DNA from: Deltaproteobacteria bacterium
GTDB lineage: Bacteria; Desulfobacterota; Binatia; UBA12015
Direction of reading: 5' to 3'
NCBI GenBank assembly: GCA_009885395.1
Contig: VFKT01000205.1
Span: 1 to 37,719, forward strand
Length of the DNA: 37,719 bases
In this document: in pieces, positions 1-8,175 of the stretch
Layout of the letters: each line of letters opens with the position of its first letter
Numbering within the stretch: the first letter of the stretch is position 1
The notes under the pieces: model-generated
Databases searched by the model: none
Told to the model about the DNA's origin: nothing
What the model saw: the letters and a program-made list of their open reading frames with translations, nothing else
Made by a program: the position numbers and the translations under genes

Positions 1-780
1 CGGGCGGCGGCCGAGCATCTCACCCCGGTCACTCTCGAACTCGGCGGCAAGAGCCCCTGCATCATCGCCAAGGATGCCAACCTCGATGTCGCGGCCCGGC
101 GCATCGCCTGGGGTAAATGGCTGAATGCAGGACAGACCTGCATCGCGCCTGATTATGTGTTGGTCGAAGAGAGTGTCGAAGAAGCCTTCCTTGAAAAGCT
201 GCGGGCAACGATCAAGGAATTCTATGGAGACGACCCCCTGAAGACCTCCGATTTCGGGCGGATCGTCAACGAGCGGCACCACGGCCGGCTGATGGGCCTC
301 CTTGAAGGCCAGCCGGTATGGCATGGCGGCCGCTCGGACGTCGCCTCGCGTTACATCGAACCGACGATCGTGCGGAACCCGGCGCCCGATTCGAAACTGA
401 TGCAAGACGAAATCTTCGGCCCGATCCTGGCCGTCCTCAAGGTGGAAAGCGTCGACGCGGCGATCCGTTTTGTCAACGCCCGCGAGAAGCCGCTTGCGCT
501 CTACGTCTTCTCGTCATCGGAGAACACCTCGGAAGCGGTCCTGAACCAGACCAGCTCGGGCGGAGCCTGCGTCAACGCTACAATATGGCACGTCGCCAAC
601 CCGCACCTGCCTTTCGGCGGCGTCGGGCCAAGTGGCATGGGCAGCTACCACGGTCGCGCCACTTTCGAGACTCTGAGTCACCATAAATCTGTGGTTTCCA
701 AGAGCACCTGGATCGATCCGAAAATCGCCTACCCGCCCTACACGGCCTTCAAGCGGAACCTTTTGCGCCGGGTGATGTAA
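1..780 (+). CDS. aldehyde dehydrogenase, class-3-like (C-terminal ~259 codons; 5' end outside window)
   Basis: Frame 1 is open from base 1. The translation RAAAEHLTPVTLELGGKSPCII...NAGQTCIAPDYVLVEE carries the ALDH ELGGKSP motif and the catalytic-Cys motif. EIFGPIL and PFGGVGPSGMGSYHG follow later. TAA stop at 778-780. Confidence 0.9.
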   Translation, partial: RAAAEHLTPVTLELGGKSPCIIAKDANLDVAARRIAWGKWLNAGQTCIAPDYVLVEESVEEAFLEKLRATIKEFYGDDPLKTSDFGRIVNERHHGRLMGLLEGQPVWHGGRSDVASRYIEPTIVRNPAPDSKLMQDEIFGPILAVLKVESVDAAIRFVNAREKPLALYVFSSSENTSEAVLNQTSSGGACVNATIWHVANPHLPFGGVGPSGMGSYHGRATFETLSHHKSVVSKSTWIDPKIAYPPYTAFKRNLLRRVM

Positions 781-802
781 AAGCGCAAACGCGCCCAGGA
801 TT

Positions 803-841
803 GGGCCGCCAGGCAGGAGCTGAAAACCTGCCCAGCGGCCC
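803..841 (+). terminator. GC-rich interrupted hairpin 23 nt after the ALDH stop (possible terminator, no U-tract)
   Basis: Hand-paired: 803-809 (GGGCCGC) pairs with 835-841 (GCGGCCC), and 812-817 (GGCAGG) pairs with 827-832 (CCTGCC). There is a 2x2 internal loop and a 9-nt apical loop (AGCTGAAAA). No T-run follows. Confidence 0.3.
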
Positions 842-954
842 GACACAGCGGCTTCTCGCCGGGCTGCTGGCGGCCGGACTCGGATTCGGGGCGGGCTTGG
901 CGCCGTTCGCAACGCGGCCGGTGATGCACGATCGACCAGGGCGGCCTCGCCGAA

Positions 955-1302
955 ATGGCAGGCGTCAGTGCCGCAGCCCGTGTGGTCTGGGCGGCGCGCT
1001 CGTTGGTGTGGATCGAAGCTCCGACCGTTGCCGGCGCACTGGCGCTCAACGATGCCGAATTAAGCTCTTTTCTCGACCACGAGCTGCTCCACGCCTACCA
1101 TTATCGCTTCGGTCCCTACGAGCCGAGCACAAAGGAGTTCTTCCGTCGCGAGATCGAAGCCTATCGCTGGGAGTTGGCGCATATGAGCCAAGGGGTTCGA
1201 CCCTTCTATCGCGCCGAGGCCGAGTCTCAGCTCATACTTTTCGAGAGCCTGCTGGCAACGGCCGACGAACCGCCACCGCCCGAAACCTCCTCTTCCCGTT
1301 GA
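955..1302 (+). CDS. small hypothetical protein with HExxH (HELLH) zinc-metallopeptidase-like motif
   Basis: 115-codon ORF with ordinary amino-acid composition (K, E, F, Y present) and mostly G/C third positions. Motif SFLDHELLHAYHY, and a later WELAH. No clear SD; start uncertain. Confidence 0.45.
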   Translation: MAGVSAAARVVWAARSLVWIEAPTVAGALALNDAELSSFLDHELLHAYHYRFGPYEPSTKEFFRREIEAYRWELAHMSQGVRPFYRAEAESQLILFESLLATADEPPPPETSSSR

Positions 1303-1466
1303 CGCCCCAGCGCACCGCCGCGCCCCGCGACGGAAGGCCGGCACCGCGAGGTCTGGACCCGGGCCGTTGTCGAAATCGACCGCGACTGATGCCGCTTCGT
1401 CTATACAAAAGATAATACTGGCATCATGGTCGAGTTCTGTACCACCACCCGCCAAGCCGCCGCCTC

Positions 1467-2396
1467 TCAGAACGCGAGGCGAAGACCTGGACGCGGCCAT
1501 GGCAAGGAAACGAGCTTGCCCGTACCCGAGAGCGTCGCGTAGGCGGTCTGCAGATCAGGACCACCAAAGCAGACATTGGTCACGAGCAGATCGGGCAGGG
1601 CGACGTGCTCCACCCGCTCGACCCCACCATCGTTATCGGGTGGAATCACCGTAAGACCGCCATTGATGATTGTGCCGACCACGACATTTCCAGCGCTGTC
1701 AACGGCGAGTGAGTCAAGAAACTGCAGATTCGGAAGTCCGGCAAGCAACGACCCGCCATGCCCGACCGGGCTGGGTCGGCCCACCCGTCCCGGACCCTCG
1801 ACGGGCCACCAATAAACGCGACCGGTATAGGTTTCGGCGACATACACGCGCTTGCCATCGGGCGACAGGCCGACACCGTTGGGCGATTCGAGTGGGTAGA
1901 CCACTTCGGTGATCGACGACCCATCGGCCTTGGCGTAGTAGAGCCCGCCATGGTCGCGCTCGCGCGGGCGGATCTTGCCGTGGTCGGTGAACCAGAAGCC
2001 GCCGTCGGCATCGAAGACCAGATCGTTGGGGCCCTTCAGCGGGAAGCCCTTGCAGCTTTCGTAAAGCACCCTCACCGCGCCGGTAGCCAGATCGATCCGT
2101 TCGATGCGACCACCCGAGTAATCGTCAGGCTGGAATGTCCCGGTGACGACCATTCCCATCAGTTCGTGAAAGACCCAGCCACCGCTATTGCAGACATAGG
2201 CCGCGCCATCGGGCCCGATCGCAAGTCCGTTTGGGCTGCCGCCGGGCTCGGCGATGATTTCGACCCGTCCATCCGGATGCACCCGGTCGACCGTGCGCCG
2301 CTGCAACTCGACACAGAGCACCGTTCCATCCGGCATCCACACCGGCCCTTCGGGAAAGCCGAGGCCGGATGCGATTTCTGTAATCATGGTGGTCAT
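1467..2396 (-). CDS. SMP-30/gluconolactonase/LRE-family beta-propeller hydrolase
   Basis: 309 aa. Repeated propeller signatures FPEGPVW, SPNGLAIGPDG, GPNDLVFDADGGFWFTD and SPNGVGLSPDGKRVYVAET. ATG at 2396. Confidence 0.9.
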   Translation of the reverse strand: MTTMITEIASGLGFPEGPVWMPDGTVLCVELQRRTVDRVHPDGRVEIIAEPGGSPNGLAIGPDGAAYVCNSGGWVFHELMGMVVTGTFQPDDYSGGRIERIDLATGAVRVLYESCKGFPLKGPNDLVFDADGGFWFTDHGKIRPRERDHGGLYYAKADGSSITEVVYPLESPNGVGLSPDGKRVYVAETYTGRVYWWPVEGPGRVGRPSPVGHGGSLLAGLPNLQFLDSLAVDSAGNVVVGTIINGGLTVIPPDNDGGVERVEHVALPDLLVTNVCFGGPDLQTAYATLSGTGKLVSLPWPRPGLRLAF

Positions 2397-2435
2397 GTCC
2401 TGTTCAACCGTCCCTTCGATTCGGCGGAGGTCGCC

Positions 2436-3299
2436 CTAAAGTTGCCCGGAACGGGTCGCAATCGCCGCTTCGAGGCGATCCCACTCGGCGAGATAAGCGG
2501 TCAGATGGGCGCGCGCGGGCGTCTTGCTCTCGGTCTCAAGCAAATCGCGGACGCGCTTACGCTCAATCGCATACTTGGAAACATCAAAAAATCCGCAGAA
2601 ATGCGCCATCCGCAGCCAGAGCAGGTAGGTCGTCAGCGCGTCGCGTTCGTTGTAGGCGACGATCTTCTGGTGCTCGCCGGCAAGCCAGAGATCCACAACC
2701 TGGTCGCCAGCAACACCCATCTTGCCCGGAATGCCACATTGCACCGCCATCTCGTGCAACGAGGGCGTGGTCTTGCCAAAGCCACCGAGGATTTCCTTGA
2801 GATCGACATTATGGTCGCTGGCGCGCGCGAAATAGTCGGGCCCCTCCCAGGGTTTGTTGGGTCGCTTGGCGAAATCCCGCTGCACCAGGCCGAGGATGAC
2901 CGCTCGCTGTACGAGAATCCGCAGATCGGCCCCCTGTGAATTGAAGCCCACGAGTTGCGGCCGGGTCTTGCCCACCTGCTCCAGGAAGCGCCCGACGATC
3001 TTTGCTTCGTCGCATTGGGCCGCGTCGCTGACATCCTTCGGCAGCGCGACCAGACGTAGATTGACGGTGCCGGCCTTCTCGGTGCGCACCACCGCCGCAA
3101 TCGAAACCACCCGACAGAGGTTGGTCTTCAAATAGGGGCGCGGCTCTTCTTCGGTCGCGCCTCCTTTCTTCCACATCCGCTCGAAGACCTCGCGCGGCGG
3201 CAGAGCTTCGTCAAGCCCATAGACCAACCGACCGGCGAGCGGATCCGGCACCCATTCGCAATCAAACGCCCACACATCATTCTCAACCGTCTTGAACAT
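2436..3299 (-). CDS. stand-alone 3'-5' exonuclease, PolB-exonuclease-like DEDD(y) family (COG3298-like)
   Basis: The start is set at ATG 3299 (MFKTVENDVWAFDCEW...), not at the ORF-track start 4154. Exo I-like FDCEWVPD, Exo II-like GFNSQGADLRIL and Exo III-like YNERDALTTY are all present. TAG at 2436-2438. The gene lies 40 nt upstream of the SMP-30 gene on the same strand. Confidence 0.8.
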   Translation of the reverse strand: MFKTVENDVWAFDCEWVPDPLAGRLVYGLDEALPPREVFERMWKKGGATEEEPRPYLKTNLCRVVSIAAVVRTEKAGTVNLRLVALPKDVSDAAQCDEAKIVGRFLEQVGKTRPQLVGFNSQGADLRILVQRAVILGLVQRDFAKRPNKPWEGPDYFARASDHNVDLKEILGGFGKTTPSLHEMAVQCGIPGKMGVAGDQVVDLWLAGEHQKIVAYNERDALTTYLLWLRMAHFCGFFDVSKYAIERKRVRDLLETESKTPARAHLTAYLAEWDRLEAAIATRSGQL

Positions 3300-3300
3300 G

Positions 3301-3320
3301 GCCTTCCGATGCCGGAAGGC
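3301..3320. promoter_or_regulatory. perfect 8-bp stem / 4-nt loop palindrome abutting the exonuclease start codon
   Basis: GCCTTCCG-ATGC-CGGAAGGC at 3301-3320, 2 nt from the CAT (ATG) at 3297-3299. On the minus-strand mRNA the 3' arm contains the only SD-like GGAAGG. It lies in the 138-bp divergent intergenic region. Confidence 0.35.
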
Positions 3321-3437
3321 GCGCCGCGCGTCCAGCCCATCCGCCCGGAGCTTCGACAACGGGGTGGCCCCGCGGCAGAACCGACGCGGCGGGTGGGGGC
3401 TGAAAATCGCGCCTCCGGCTGCCAGACTCGGCTGGCG

Positions 3438-4403
3438 ATGCGCGAAATCCTTCCGCCCCGGGCGCCCAGCGCGCGCTACTTTCCGGTCGAGCCCCGCGCC
3501 GTCCAGTTGAAGGCCGGTCTGATGCGCCTCGGCATGGATTTCGGAAACGGGGTGCGCGATGGGCAGTTCTTTCAGATCGACGACCAGTGGCCGCGTTATC
3601 TGAGGCAACGCCTCGCCGCGCCGGCCCATAGACATCTGGTGCTGGTGCGAAATGCCGAAGACGACGCGCTCCACCGCACCGTCCAGGACTGGATGCGCTC
3701 CACCCTGGCCGCAGAGCACGGGTCCCATCGAGCCGGGCTCCCGCCGCCGACCGCAGTCACCCCGCTCGAGCCCGACCAGAGCCCGCCCGCTCGGCTGCGA
3801 ACCCTTCTTTCCCTGGGGGAGCCTTCTTCCCCCGGAACAACGAAAGCAGGCGAGCTCTCGGCCGCAGCGATCGTCGACGCCTACGCCGCCATCGCCGCGC
3901 AAATCCAGGAGGATTTCGCGATCCTGTGCCTTGAGGACTCTCGCGACACAACGCTCGCCCTCTTCGTCTCCTTCCCCAGCGACTGGCGCCCCGAACGCCT
4001 GCTGGGTGCAGATTTCTCCGAGTTGCACGCACCCGTGCCCGGCTTCCCGAGCAATGCCGCAGCCGCCGCGTCGATAGTGACAAGCATGGTCGAGCGCGGC
4101 CCCTACACCCGTTTCGTCTGGTCGGTGCATCCCGATGACGAACTTGACCACCACCCCGAGGAAGGCCGGCGCATCAAATGGGAAAATGCCTCGGCGTTAT
4201 GGCTCCGCGTCGAGCGACAGGTGCTGGTTCCGTTCGCCGCCCAGCACGCTTCACTCTTCCTGATCCGCACCTACCTCTACCGGCACGACAGCCTGACGGC
4301 AGAGCAGCGCGCGATCCTCCGGCTGGCAATCGAAAGAACTGAAGGCGAGGTGCGCAGCTACAAAGGTTTTTCGCCACAGGCCCTCGCTTTTCTGTCTGAT
4401 TGA
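3438..4403 (+). CDS. DUF3445 family protein (heme-dependent oxidative N-demethylase alpha-subunit-like)
   Basis: Family recognised from memory: ...FFQIDDQWPRYLRQR..., FVSFPSDWRPE, PYTRFVWSVHPDDELDHHPE, WLRVERQVL and the C-terminal LFLIRTY. ATG 3438 chosen. The ORF is open from 3309, but that extension is Arg-rich. Confidence 0.7.
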   Translation: MREILPPRAPSARYFPVEPRAVQLKAGLMRLGMDFGNGVRDGQFFQIDDQWPRYLRQRLAAPAHRHLVLVRNAEDDALHRTVQDWMRSTLAAEHGSHRAGLPPPTAVTPLEPDQSPPARLRTLLSLGEPSSPGTTKAGELSAAAIVDAYAAIAAQIQEDFAILCLEDSRDTTLALFVSFPSDWRPERLLGADFSELHAPVPGFPSNAAAAASIVTSMVERGPYTRFVWSVHPDDELDHHPEEGRRIKWENASALWLRVERQVLVPFAAQHASLFLIRTYLYRHDSLTAEQRAILRLAIERTEGEVRSYKGFSPQALAFLSD

Positions 4404-4420
4404 CCTGGGGCAGATCGGCT

Positions 4421-5233
4421 TCAGCGCAAGCCCGCCATATAGACGAGAAAGCTCTCGATCTGCTCGACCGGCTTGCCGGTCACATCCTCGTACTCACCCG
4501 TGCCATCGCAAATGCCGTCACCGTCGGTGTCTTCCTCCTCGATCTTTTCCCAAAAGACCCGAACATCGCGAAACCCGACCTCCAACAAAAGATCATTCAA
4601 CTCGGGCAAGCTCCAGAGCCGCCAATCATAGGAAAAAGCGTTGTGGATCTTCGAGCCGTCGGGAAAATTGAAATGGATCCGGCACATCGTATGGTGGGTG
4701 ATCGGATCAAAAGACTCCTGCTCCCAGACGTAGGTCCAACGGTCGAGTTCACGCTCCTCGACGAGCGGGTAGATCGAATCCTTGCCGCCAAAGATCTCAA
4801 GGAAGAGCACGCCGTCGCGTTTGAGCCCTTGCCGCGCCCGTTCCAGATAGCTGCGCAGCAGGTCGCGGGTCTTGAAGATGCAGAAGCTGAAATTGTTGGC
4901 CGCCGTGATGTCGGCGCGTCCGACCGAAGGCTCGAGCACATCCCGTTGCAAGAGGCGCATCCGGCTGCCGAGGCGTCGGCGGTTGGGCTCCAGATTATGT
5001 TTGCGACCCCAGGCGAGAGTCGGGCCATCAAGGTCGACCGCAATCGCCGAGCGCCGCTTGTCGCCGAGACACCAAGCGGCGGAAAGCTGTGCCGTACCGC
5101 AGAAATCCTCGCGCAACACGAGCGGCTCGCGACCGCGCAGCTTCTTGAAGAGCTTGCGGAAAAGCTTGCAATCCTCGGCGGGGGCCTGGACCGATTGCTC
5201 GTAGAGTTCGTGCAGGTCGTAGCGCTCCGCCAT
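4421..5233 (-). CDS. class I SAM-dependent methyltransferase
   Basis: Core begins MAERYDLHELYEQSVQ...LREDFCGTAQLS...AIAVDLD...VLFLEIFGG. Acidic C-terminus. TGA at 4421-4423. The start is uncertain: ATG 5233 has no SD, and in-frame ATG 5383 or GTG 5494 would add a very basic (K/R/A/T-rich) tail. Confidence 0.8.
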   Translation of the reverse strand: MAERYDLHELYEQSVQAPAEDCKLFRKLFKKLRGREPLVLREDFCGTAQLSAAWCLGDKRRSAIAVDLDGPTLAWGRKHNLEPNRRRLGSRMRLLQRDVLEPSVGRADITAANNFSFCIFKTRDLLRSYLERARQGLKRDGVLFLEIFGGKDSIYPLVEERELDRWTYVWEQESFDPITHHTMCRIHFNFPDGSKIHNAFSYDWRLWSLPELNDLLLEVGFRDVRVFWEKIEEEDTDGDGICDGTGEYEDVTGKPVEQIESFLVYMAGLR

Positions 5234-5576
5234 TGGCGGCTTTTTGCGACGAGCCGCCGACTTTTTCGCGGGCACCCGTGCGGTTGGCTTCTTGGTCGTG
5301 CTGCGTGCCGCGGTTTCCGTGCGCCGCTTCGTGATTGCCGGTTTCTGCCCGATGCGTGCTCGCGCCACTCCACCCCTCCTCATCCGTCGCCCCGCGCCCT
5401 GCACGCGAAATCGCCCCGTCGTCACCGACCGGCGGACGTCGGCTGCGCCTACCACGCGACGGAAGGCCGCACAGTTGGCGCGCCGCTGCGCCACGAGCCG
5501 CGGCGTTGGCGCTGTCCCGACGAAACCCTAAGATGCCTTTCCAGGGAGACCGGGCCGACGCCCAATTCGCAAAACG

Positions 5577-6518
5577 ATGAGCCAGGACCAGAACCAGGCC
5601 GGACGATCGCGCCAGCCAGGGCTGCGCCGTCTCGCCCGCGCACGGGCCGCGCTTGAAGCAGGTTATCAGCGGCCACGATCAGGCCAACGACGGCTGCGCC
5701 GTCTAGCGCTCCTGCTGCTGCTGCTGCTCGGGCTGCCTGTAGGCCCTCTCGGCCTGCCCTCTGTCGGCTGGGCCGGCGCAGGGCCAGGAGGGTCGACCGC
5801 CAACACAAGCAGTCCGATCGCCACCGCGCCCGACCCGCTTTTCGACGACGAACCGGGTGCCGAGGCACCGGCCCGCCTCGGCGATTATGCCGACCCTCTT
5901 GAGGCCGTCAATCGCAGAACACACGCCTTCAACTCGACCGTCGAAGAATGGCTGCTCGACCCGGTCTCAGAGGCCTACTCCAAATCTGTGCCGGCGTCGG
6001 CGCGCCACGGCGTACGAGGCGTCCTGCGCAACCTCGATGAGCCGACCAACGCGATCAACGGCTTGCTGCAACTGCAATGGAGCCACGCGGCCACCGCAGC
6101 CGGCCGATTCATCATCAATACCACGATCGGCCTGGCGGGCGTGCTCGACCCCGCAACTGGGATGGGACTTGACTCACGCTCTTCCAATTTCGGCGAAACC
6201 CTCGCCGACGCCGGCGTGAAAAGCGGCCCCTACCTGGTCCTGCCCTTGATCGGACCCACCAATGCCCGTGACGGTACGGGTATCGTGGTGGATTTCTTCT
6301 TCCGGCCGACGACCTGGATCCTCGGCCCGATCGATCTCCTGACCTGGACCGCCATCCATGGCGGCACGGCGGGAGTGGCCATCAAGGAAGAGAACCTCGA
6401 AGCGATCGACGCCCTCAAGCAATCTTCGCTTGATTATTACGCGGCGCTGCGCAGCGCCCACCATCAGATGCGCGAGGCCGAGTTGCGCCAGAATCAGGCC
6501 ACCAGGCTGAGCGATTGA
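5577..6518 (+). CDS. mlaA: MlaA/VacJ family outer-membrane lipid-asymmetry lipoprotein
   Basis: DPLEAVNRRTHAFNSTVEEWLLDPVSEAY, PTNAINGLLQ, INTTIGLAGVLDPA, FGETL and GPYLVLPLIGPTNARD are VacJ signatures. The N-terminal Leu-run signal segment is encoded by (CTG)5 at 5712-5726. No canonical lipobox Cys is seen; start uncertain. Confidence 0.85.
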   Translation: MSQDQNQAGRSRQPGLRRLARARAALEAGYQRPRSGQRRLRRLALLLLLLLGLPVGPLGLPSVGWAGAGPGGSTANTSSPIATAPDPLFDDEPGAEAPARLGDYADPLEAVNRRTHAFNSTVEEWLLDPVSEAYSKSVPASARHGVRGVLRNLDEPTNAINGLLQLQWSHAATAAGRFIINTTIGLAGVLDPATGMGLDSRSSNFGETLADAGVKSGPYLVLPLIGPTNARDGTGIVVDFFFRPTTWILGPIDLLTWTAIHGGTAGVAIKEENLEAIDALKQSSLDYYAALRSAHHQMREAELRQNQATRLSD

Positions 6519-6582
6519 GCCACTCGCCGCCACAGCCCCCGCCCGACTTGCTCTGCCGGCGCCGAGAGTCGAAAGAGAAGGC

Positions 6583-6906
6583 ATGAGGAACTTTATCTTC
6601 GCCACGACGCTGGCCGCCGCTCTCGCTTCGAATCTCGGGTCGTTTCCGGGAGTCTTCGGCAACCGCCTTGCCCAGGCTCAGGACGACCTTTTTGACGACA
6701 CCACCGCCGAGGGGATGTTGCCCGAACCGGGCGAGATCGCGCCTTCGGAGGGTGCCGACGGAGTGCTGCCGCCGGTCGAGGATCTGGACGACGCGGGCGA
6801 CGTGCCTTCGATCGGTGAGGATTCCGTCGAGATGGGGCCCGGCCTCGGCGAGCTCGAAGCCGGCGATGCCCCGACCGTCGGCGAGGATTCCGTCGAAACC
6901 TGGTAG
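6583..6906 (+). CDS. small acidic secreted protein with internal repeat (hypothetical)
   Basis: SD-like AGAGAAGG lies 3 nt before ATG 6583. Signal-peptide-like MRNFIFATTLAAALASNLG. The mature part is D/E/G/P-rich, with a repeated GD(V/A)P(S/T)(I/V)GEDSVE encoded by imperfect 39-bp repeats at about 6797-6835 and 6862-6900. Third-position G/C is visibly higher in this frame than in the antisense ORF. Confidence 0.55.
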   Translation: MRNFIFATTLAAALASNLGSFPGVFGNRLAQAQDDLFDDTTAEGMLPEPGEIAPSEGADGVLPPVEDLDDAGDVPSIGEDSVEMGPGLGELEAGDAPTVGEDSVETW

Positions 6907-8158
6907 GTTTGGCCGGGAAAGCGCGCTCGAGGATCGGTCCGAGATCGACTCCGCCCGGCAGCGTGCCAAAGGTTCGCCCGCCTTCGCCGCCAAGTCGCGT
7001 CGCGCAAAAAAGATCGGCGATCGAGGTGGGGGCGTGCCGCACGAGCAGTGCCGCCTGAACCTGAAGCGCGATGCGCTCGGTCAAGCGACGGGCCCGCGCC
7101 TCGATATCGTCACGGCGCAAAAGCCGACTCTCAAGAACGACAAGCGCGGCGTCGTAGTGGCAGTCGGTGCCCGCAGCCAGGCGCAGTTCGTCAAGCAGCA
7201 AAGCCGCGCATTCAGGTTCGCGGCCAAGCGCCCGAAGGACATCAAGGCAGATGACATTGCCCGAACCCTCCCAGATGCCGTTGAGCGGGGATTCGCGGAA
7301 CAGACGCGGCAGCGGTGATTCCTCGACGTAGCCGACCCCGCCCAGGCCTTCCATCGCTTCGACGATCGCCACCGGCGCGCGCTTGTTGTTCCAGTACTTG
7401 GCAGCCGGCGTCACCAGGCGAGCCACCAGCCGCTCGCGCTCATCGTGCGGGCCACGGTCGAAGCCCCGAGCCACGCGCATCGCCAGCGTGGTCGCCGCCT
7501 CGACCTCGAGCGCCAGGTCGGCAAGCACCTGACGCATCAAGGGCTGATCGAACAAGTTGCGGCCGAACGCCGTTCGATGGCGGGTATGGTGGATCGCGTT
7601 GGCGAGGGCTGCCCGCATCAGGCCGGCCGGGGCCGCGACGGTGTCGTTGCGGGTATGGTGGACCATCTGCAGGATGGTGGCCACGCCGCGCCCATCCTCA
7701 CTGAGCAGACGAGCCCAGGTGCCGGCGTACTCGATTTCGCTCGAGGCATTCGAGCGATTCCCCAGCTTGTCCTTGAGGCGCTGGATGAGGATCGGATTGC
7801 GGCGCCCGTCGGGCGTCCAGCGCGGCACCAGGAAACACGAAAGCCCACGCGCCGTTTGCGCGAGGGTAAGAAACGCATCCGACATCGGTGCCGAACAAAA
7901 CCATTTATGACTAGTCAAGCGGTATTCACCACCCGGACCGCCCGCTCCCACCGACTCGGCCCGGGTGGTATTGGCGCGCACATCCGAGCCGCCCTGCTTT
8001 TCGGTTATCGCAACGTGCGCGACGTGCGATTCAACCCGGGGTTCGGCCCAGGCGATCGAGGGCAGTCGGTGTTCGACCCCAAGGCGCATCAGGGCGTGGT
8101 AGGCGGGGTGGAACTCGAACTCGTCGATGCGCTGGCCGAAACGGTCAAAAGCCCGCAA
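6593..8158 (-). CDS. AidB-like acyl-CoA dehydrogenase, apparently truncated/internally deleted (probable remnant or pseudogene)
   Basis: FHPAYHALM, ITEKQGGSDVRANTTRAE, HKWFCSAP, LKDKLGNRSNASSEIE, TPAAKYW, GGVGYVEESPLPRLFRE and NGIWEGSGNV match AidB/ACAD middle and C-terminal domains. The only start is TTG 8158, five codons after an in-frame TGA. Homology ends near 6915, but the frame stays open to 6593. Confidence 0.7.
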   Translation of the reverse strand: MRAFDRFGQRIDEFEFHPAYHALMRLGVEHRLPSIAWAEPRVESHVAHVAITEKQGGSDVRANTTRAESVGAGGPGGEYRLTSHKWFCSAPMSDAFLTLAQTARGLSCFLVPRWTPDGRRNPILIQRLKDKLGNRSNASSEIEYAGTWARLLSEDGRGVATILQMVHHTRNDTVAAPAGLMRAALANAIHHTRHRTAFGRNLFDQPLMRQVLADLALEVEAATTLAMRVARGFDRGPHDERERLVARLVTPAAKYWNNKRAPVAIVEAMEGLGGVGYVEESPLPRLFRESPLNGIWEGSGNVICLDVLRALGREPECAALLLDELRLAAGTDCHYDAALVVLESRLLRRDDIEARARRLTERIALQVQAALLVRHAPTSIADLFCATRLGGEGGRTFGTLPGGVDLGPILERAFPAKPTRFRRNPRRRSGHRRLRARRGRAPSRRNPHRSKARRPRRPDPRPAAALRRHPPKARSRPVRATSPRRWCRQKGRPEPGQGGCRRLPETTRDSKRERRPASWRR

Positions 8159-8175
8159 GCGGGGCGCGATAAATC

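Noticed and set aside
3300-4154. Upstream 285-codon extension of the exonuclease ORF (the ORF track gives 2436..4154)
   Set aside because: The extension is Arg/Gly/Ala-rich with no family resemblance. It is antisense to the well-supported DUF3445 gene. Exonuclease homology begins exactly at the internal ATG 3299.
5235-5266. GGCGGC-N12-GCCGCC hairpin followed by GACTTTTT as a + strand intrinsic terminator
   Set aside because: The nearest + strand gene ends 830 nt upstream. The T-runs are more simply Lys codons or leader sequence of the minus-strand gene.
5234-5494. Highly basic N-terminal extension (…KKPTARVPAKKSAARRKKPP) of the methyltransferase, reminiscent of histone-like tails
   Set aside because: My hand count of G/C by codon position over 5302-5400 shows no clear three-base periodicity (73/73/67%). 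None of the candidate starts has a good SD. The start is left as an annotation uncertainty.
5712-5726. (CTG)5 trinucleotide repeat
   Set aside because: It simply encodes the poly-Leu core of the MlaA signal segment. It is too short to argue for phase variation.
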